Below are positions 61,785-64,000 of a DNA stretch of 64,000 nt, in pieces; within the stretch, counting starts at the first letter, position 1; the number at the start of each line of letters is the position of its first letter. The notes beneath the pieces are model-generated. The model saw only the letters and a program-made list of their open reading frames with translations. It made no database searches and had not been told where the DNA came from. The translations under genes were made by a program, and so were the position numbers. This DNA comes from Octopus sinensis (lineage: Eukaryota): assembly GCF_006345805.1 (NCBI RefSeq), contig NC_043011.1:49860464-49924463 (forward strand), written 5' to 3'.

Positions 61785-61965
61785 GGTGGGATCCTGGCAG
61801 AATCAGTGGCACGCAGGGCGAAATGCTTGGCGGCATTTCCTCCATCGTTACGGTCTGAGTTCCAGTTCCGCTGAAGTCGATTTTGCCTTTCATCCTTTTG
61901 GGGTAGGTAAAATAAATACCTCATGAAAATTGGGTTCGATTTTATCAATTTACCCCTTACAACCG
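61785..61965 (+). mobile_element. Old Nin-domain SINE
   Basis: TGGCAGAATCAGTGGCACGCAGGGCGAAATGCTT..GCCTTTCATCCTTTTGGGGTAGGTAAAATAAATACC. Confidence 0.75.
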
Positions 61966-62883
61966 AAACTGTTGGATTTGTGCCAAAATATAAAATCAAC
62001 ATTTGGTATAACCTTAATTGTAACTTCTTTAGGGACGTCTAAATCATGCATGGAATAGTCATAGCTATGACACATTTGATGTCTTAATAATACATGAAAC
62101 GGTCGTGGCTGTATCCTTTGAGTTTTAAATAATAATAGCATGGTCATAGTAATTCTTTCGTTGATATCTAAATAATAAATTGTAATGGTCGTAGCTGGAG
62201 CATCTTCGTTACCTAAATAATACTTGAATTGTTCATGAGTGTAAAGTTTTTCATCTTACGTCTTAAAGAGCATAGTTGTTCGAGAACTAAACTAAACAAC
62301 ACGAAAAAGTCAATGAATGAAACTGATTCTGCCATGGATATTTGATTTACTAAATATAGGAGAGAAATCTCCTTCGTATCTCAACCTTTCACCTAAAAAT
62401 AGAAAAAGGTAGTAATATTCTACTGAAGTTGTAGTTCAATTCCTTCAGAGAAATTATCCTTTACTGGCACGTGCAATCGCTAATGAAACAGGTGAATTAA
62501 GCCTGATCTAGGTCTAAATATAATCGTGAAAAAACTGCACGTCAAAAAATGCATTAGGCACGGAAAAAAAGAAAATGTCAATGTAAGGGATAGAAATAAG
62601 ATTGATGCTGCGGTACGAACTGAAATAGGGTTCCATGGAATAAGCAAAATGTATTCCGATAATCGAGACACAGAGAGAAGTAAAAGAAATACTTGATTAT
62701 CTTGATATAAAACAGATAGCGTGCAAAAAGAGATTATCTCCAAAGATAAAGAGAAAAGTGGTGAGTGTATACACACACACACACACACACAAACACAAAC
62801 AAACAAACAAACATGCGTACAAAAATACGCATATATAGAGAGAGAGGAAGAAGGAGAGAGATGTGCAAGAATGTATGTGTATG

Positions 62884-62927
<44 letters not shown>

Positions 62928-63077
62928 TGCATATGTGGACTTGAATGTGTGTGTGTATATATATATGTTTATATATATATATATATACATGCATATATAT
63001 ACATATATATATATATAATATATATATATATATTGTCAGACTGACAGTCAGACAGGCAGACAGTCAGATAGATAGAT

Positions 63078-63128
<51 letters not shown>

Positions 63129-63617
63129 CAGAGAGAGAGAGAGAGTATGAGGGAGAGAGGGAGACAAACACGTACGGTTTCTGTATATAACCGTATATAA
63201 CTGTACCTCATGGATAAATGAAGAATATAGAAATAATGAGACTAAAATTGGAAGTCGTTTGGCAATGTTCGTGATGGAAGCTTAGAGAAGCGAAAACAAG
63301 ACGGGAATCTTAATAGCATAATCATTACATCACGAAAACAAATGAACTTTTCTTGGTAAAGCAATACCAGGTCTATACATATATTCACGCCTACATACAT
63401 TCATACATACACAAACACATTACACACATATATGTATATATATACATATATATATATATATATAATATATATAATATATATATATATATATATACACACA
63501 TACATACTGAGAGATATACCGTATATATATATATATATATTATATATATATATACGTTTAAAATTTGTTGTGCAAGATTTTATTGGCTAAACTGGCAATA
63601 TGACCATTCCGAAATAT

Positions 63618-63672
<55 letters not shown>

Positions 63673-64000
63673 TATAAGAAGAAAGCTATTAAATACCAGA
63701 CTGGCTGTGACGTAAATGATAGGTGATTGAATATTTCTTACTTGGACACAGTGAGAATCAATACTGGATCCATACATCTGCTAGAAATAACAACTAAATT
63801 GTATCTAAATCATATCATGCTGTCATGAATGGCAGTGAGATGATGCGAGAAACCTTATGTTTCTCGGTTGATGATACATTCCTTCCGTCTCTTACCAGTC
63901 TCAGAGACCATGTGAACGTTTAGGAACACTGCTTATTCTCATTCCTAAAGAAGATTATCGGTCTGTTTATCTGCCACCCCATTTTTATCTGTGTGTGTGT

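Noticed and set aside
95-63777. Most ORFs in the six-frame track (poly-I, YI, CV, HT, L, G runs)
   Set aside because: They are translations of di-, tri- and tetranucleotide microsatellites or of SINE bodies.

Overview
AT-rich, microsatellite-saturated animal genomic DNA with one 100-N gap (17500-17599). The SINE families look like those I recognise from Octopus; this is from memory and needs BLAST confirmation. I found no convincing host protein-coding exon, rRNA, true tRNA gene or CRISPR array. The long ORFs in the six-frame track are either simple-repeat read-throughs or decayed transposon genes. The window is essentially intergenic or intronic sequence built from mobile elements: many tRNA-derived SINEs of several modular families, four remnants of Penelope-like retroelements (Naiad-type RT plus GIY-YIG), five mariner remnants, a hAT transposase remnant and a hAT MITE, a Helentron-like non-autonomous element, and an R4/Dong-like LINE 3' end sitting in (TAA)n. 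The most interesting signals are: (1) hammerhead-ribozyme motifs in non-coding repeats, including a three-copy inverted-plus-tandem cassette at 22548-23240 and a separate short dispersed family at about 4.7, 8.7 and 59.6 kb; (2) a set of large fold-back palindromes tied to (TA)n; (3) Nin-domain SINE multimers that share an identical junction at three loci. Unless stated as exact, coordinates of decayed elements are approximate (about +/-20 bp), and all alignments were done by eye.
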